From positions 17,121,703 to 17,185,702 of the forward strand of contig CM082578.2 in NCBI GenBank assembly GCA_040954595.2: a DNA stretch of 64,000 nucleotides, given 5' to 3'. The DNA comes from Balanoglossus misakiensis (Eukaryota; Animalia; Hemichordata). Positions 61,387-64,000 of this stretch are shown one piece after another. Each line of letters begins with the position of its first letter. Positions within the stretch are counted from its first letter, which is position 1. A program made the position numbers and the translations under genes. Under the pieces are notes generated by a model. The model had not been told where the DNA came from, ran no database searches, and was given only the letters and a program-made list of their open reading frames with translations.

Positions 61387-63936
61387 ATGGGGTCTTCGAC
61401 ATCCAGACTGCCAAATTCTCCGGACGAAAGCTTTGAGTCATTTACTAGCGACTCGGTTAACATCGAAACGATCCCATCACACCACTCCACTCCCAAGAAA
61501 GGTAAGCCAGGCGAACGGACACATTTCAACCAAGAGCACACCTCGCCAACGGCATCTCCAGCACAAGAAAATGATCCGAAGAAAGGGAAGGTGGACAGGA
61601 ATACGGAAAGGCGCGAAAACAAACGACTGGTCAAATATCCGTCTGTGTCGTTTCAACTCTTCGGGAGGAAGTCGAGCCGGGCCGAAGTGGTTCGGAGCAA
61701 ATCTAGCCAATTGCCAAACACCAGAATGAAAGCGGCTTCCACCAATACCCTAAGAACCACAGGTAGCAGCTACTGTCGCTCGTTCGGTGCCTACGACGTG
61801 ACGATATGTACGGCGGACGACGGTCGGAAAGTGGTCGCGGTGGAGTTCGGCGACAAGGCCTTCGTGAACGGCCAACCAGTGCATTACTACGGCGACGGGA
61901 AAGTGGTGAATAAAGATGGCGCTTTCGACCCCATACTGCAGTACTACTACGATTTCGCCATGAGCTTTAAGACCAGGGGAGGGGAGACGAATCGGCGAAA
62001 TCGCTCAACGCCTGCACGTTTTGATACGTAAGTAAGACCTTCGTGTGTATCTCATACTAAATAGTGATGCTGCCTGCATCCATATGAACGGAATTAATAA
62101 CTTGTTCTTTGTCAACGTATTTTGTCTGCCATCAGTTTGCAATTAGGATCGGAGAGGTGCGCAGTCGGGTCAGAAGAAATCGCTGGAGGGGAAGAAGCCA
62201 TCGAAGCGAAGGATCTGGAGAAGGTCTTCGAAGAGCTGTCGAGGCGAATCGAAGAGTTGGTCGCTGATAACGAGAAACTCCGGAGCAGAATCAGCGAAGT
62301 CGAGGGTCTCAACACCAGCCTCCAGATGGAAGTGTCCAACTCCAGTGTGGCGAGCGAGAGAGACATGCAACAGACGCAGGCCGCGGTCGCCGAGATCTCG
62401 ATGAAGTTGGCCAGGGCCGAGGAGTACAACAAGAAACTGGAGACGATATTCTACGACGTGGAGGAGTCGCGCGTAGAGGCGCAGGTTCGCGCCGAGAGTC
62501 TGGAGACAGAAAGGGGCGGGCTGGCCGACGTCTTGAAGGAAACGAATCAAGAAAACACGAGGTTGAAGAAAAGCCTGGAAAGCCTCGAGCGGTCATTGCA
62601 GTCCGCTCTCGACGGCGACCGAAGTGCAGATCATCGCTGGGATGATTCTGCGGCAGAGCTCGGGAGAAAGGGAAACGGGGAACTTCAGCGAAGGGTCGAG
62701 AGACTGCAAGAGCTCTTGAGAGCGAGAACAAACCAACTTAAAAGTTGCAGCCGAAAACTGACGGGTTTGGTGAATGAAGTCAGAGACCTGCAGCGGGTCA
62801 ACACCGACCTGAATGCAATGTTTTGCACCTACGAGGCCAGAATCAAAGGTTTGGAAGGTCAGCAAGACGTCAAAGTTGCAGAACAACTTGAAAAGGTTGA
62901 GTGTGAAAACGAGGGCATGAAGGCGGAAATATCTCGCATGGGAACGGTGCAGGTTGAATTGAGAACCAAACTCAGGCGTGCGGAGGAAGAGAAGGCCGAG
63001 CTGGTGGACGATCTCGAGAAAAGCTCGCGAGATGTGGATTTGATGAAAGGCGACCTCGCGAGACTGCAGGAGCAGATGGGAAACGTGAAGGCAATGTACA
63101 ACAGAGTCAACGCTGATCTGATCGCCAAAAACATGACTCTCGTCAACGTCCGAAGGGAGAAGTCGAAGATTCAGGACGAGAAAGAGCGACTGGAGGTCAT
63201 GTTCGCCACCGCGCAGGTGAAACTAGAGAAAGTCCAGGGGAAACGGAGGGACTTGGAAGTGATCATTCGCAAACTCGAAGAACAGAATCACAGTTACCGA
63301 GTTCAGATCACGGGAGCCGAGGAGAATGCTCAGAAACTGAAGAAGGATGTCGACGCCATGGGCGATGTTGCCCGTCAACGGACCGAGAGACTAGCTTTTC
63401 TGGAAACTGAGAACAAGAACTTGAAAGACACGCAGGTTGAGCTGGAGAGTAGATGCTTGAACTTGGTCGATGAAACCATGGTTCGAGAGAGACGGTTGGC
63501 ACAGCTGAAGCAGACGCAGGAATCCCTGGTCGCTGAGAACGGAAAGTTGCAGGTGATGATAGTCGAGTTACAACGTGAGCTCCACAGCCTTTACAGCGGC
63601 TTCCAAGACATGGACCACGTCCACCAAGAAATCAAGGACAGATACCAGCAACTCTCCAAGGATAACCTCATTTTGGGCAAGAACATTCGTCGACTCACTG
63701 CCCAAGCCCCCCGTCTTCAGGTGACGCCGCGGAACTCCGTGGGCCACAGTCCGTCTATTGATGGACCGTGTCTGAGCTCGGACTCCGAAACGGTGCCTGT
63801 TAGCCCCCCAACCTCACTCAGACAGGACGGGAATCTCGAAGGCTGCGACAATATATACGAGACCGTAGATTTTAATGAGGCAAATAATGGACTGTCGATG
63901 TCGTTGACCGGTATATTGAACTCGGACGAGGAATAA
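61387..63936 (+). CDS. Long coiled-coil protein with possible N-myristoylation signal, ~813 aa, 2 exons
   Basis: Exon 61387-62027 starts MGSSTS. A phase-2 intron 62028-62135 (GTAAGT...ATCAG) joins it in frame to exon 62136-63936, which is E/K/L/Q/R-rich heptad sequence. Family not recognised. Confidence 0.8.
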
Positions 63937-64000
63937 AAGTGACAACCATGTCGCCTGAAGATTACTGATGATTTGAGAATAATAATTGGAAAAACTCATC

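Overview
This is eukaryotic animal genomic DNA with GT-AG introns and microsatellites. A marine invertebrate, possibly a deuterostome, is an inference from gene content only. From left to right the window contains: (1) non-coding DNA with two palindromic mini-elements carrying 9-bp target-site duplications and a probable retroelement 3'-end relic; (2) two tandem 11-exon CLCA genes on the minus strand; (3) three tandem LRR genes with single-exon CDSs on the plus strand: an LRR-Ig-TM protein with an ITAM-like tail, an LRR-Ig-TM protein with a Tyr-free tail, and a secreted LRR protein whose Ig domain has decayed; (4) a 3-exon choline monooxygenase-like Rieske oxygenase; (5) the 3' exons of an EGF-TM-PPxY protein; (6) an apparently full-length Tx1-clade non-LTR retrotransposon inserted in an (ATG)n microsatellite, with one -1 frameshift in ORF2 at a U_UUU_UUA heptamer; (7) a 2-exon coiled-coil gene. 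The most notable observation is a three-way-junction RNA motif with a 23-nt core (22/23 identical) shared by the Tx1 3' UTR (55.3 kb) and an otherwise dissimilar locus at 5.6 kb. The second is the activating / non-signalling / soluble LRR receptor trio. Exon coordinates were read by eye and no database searches were run.
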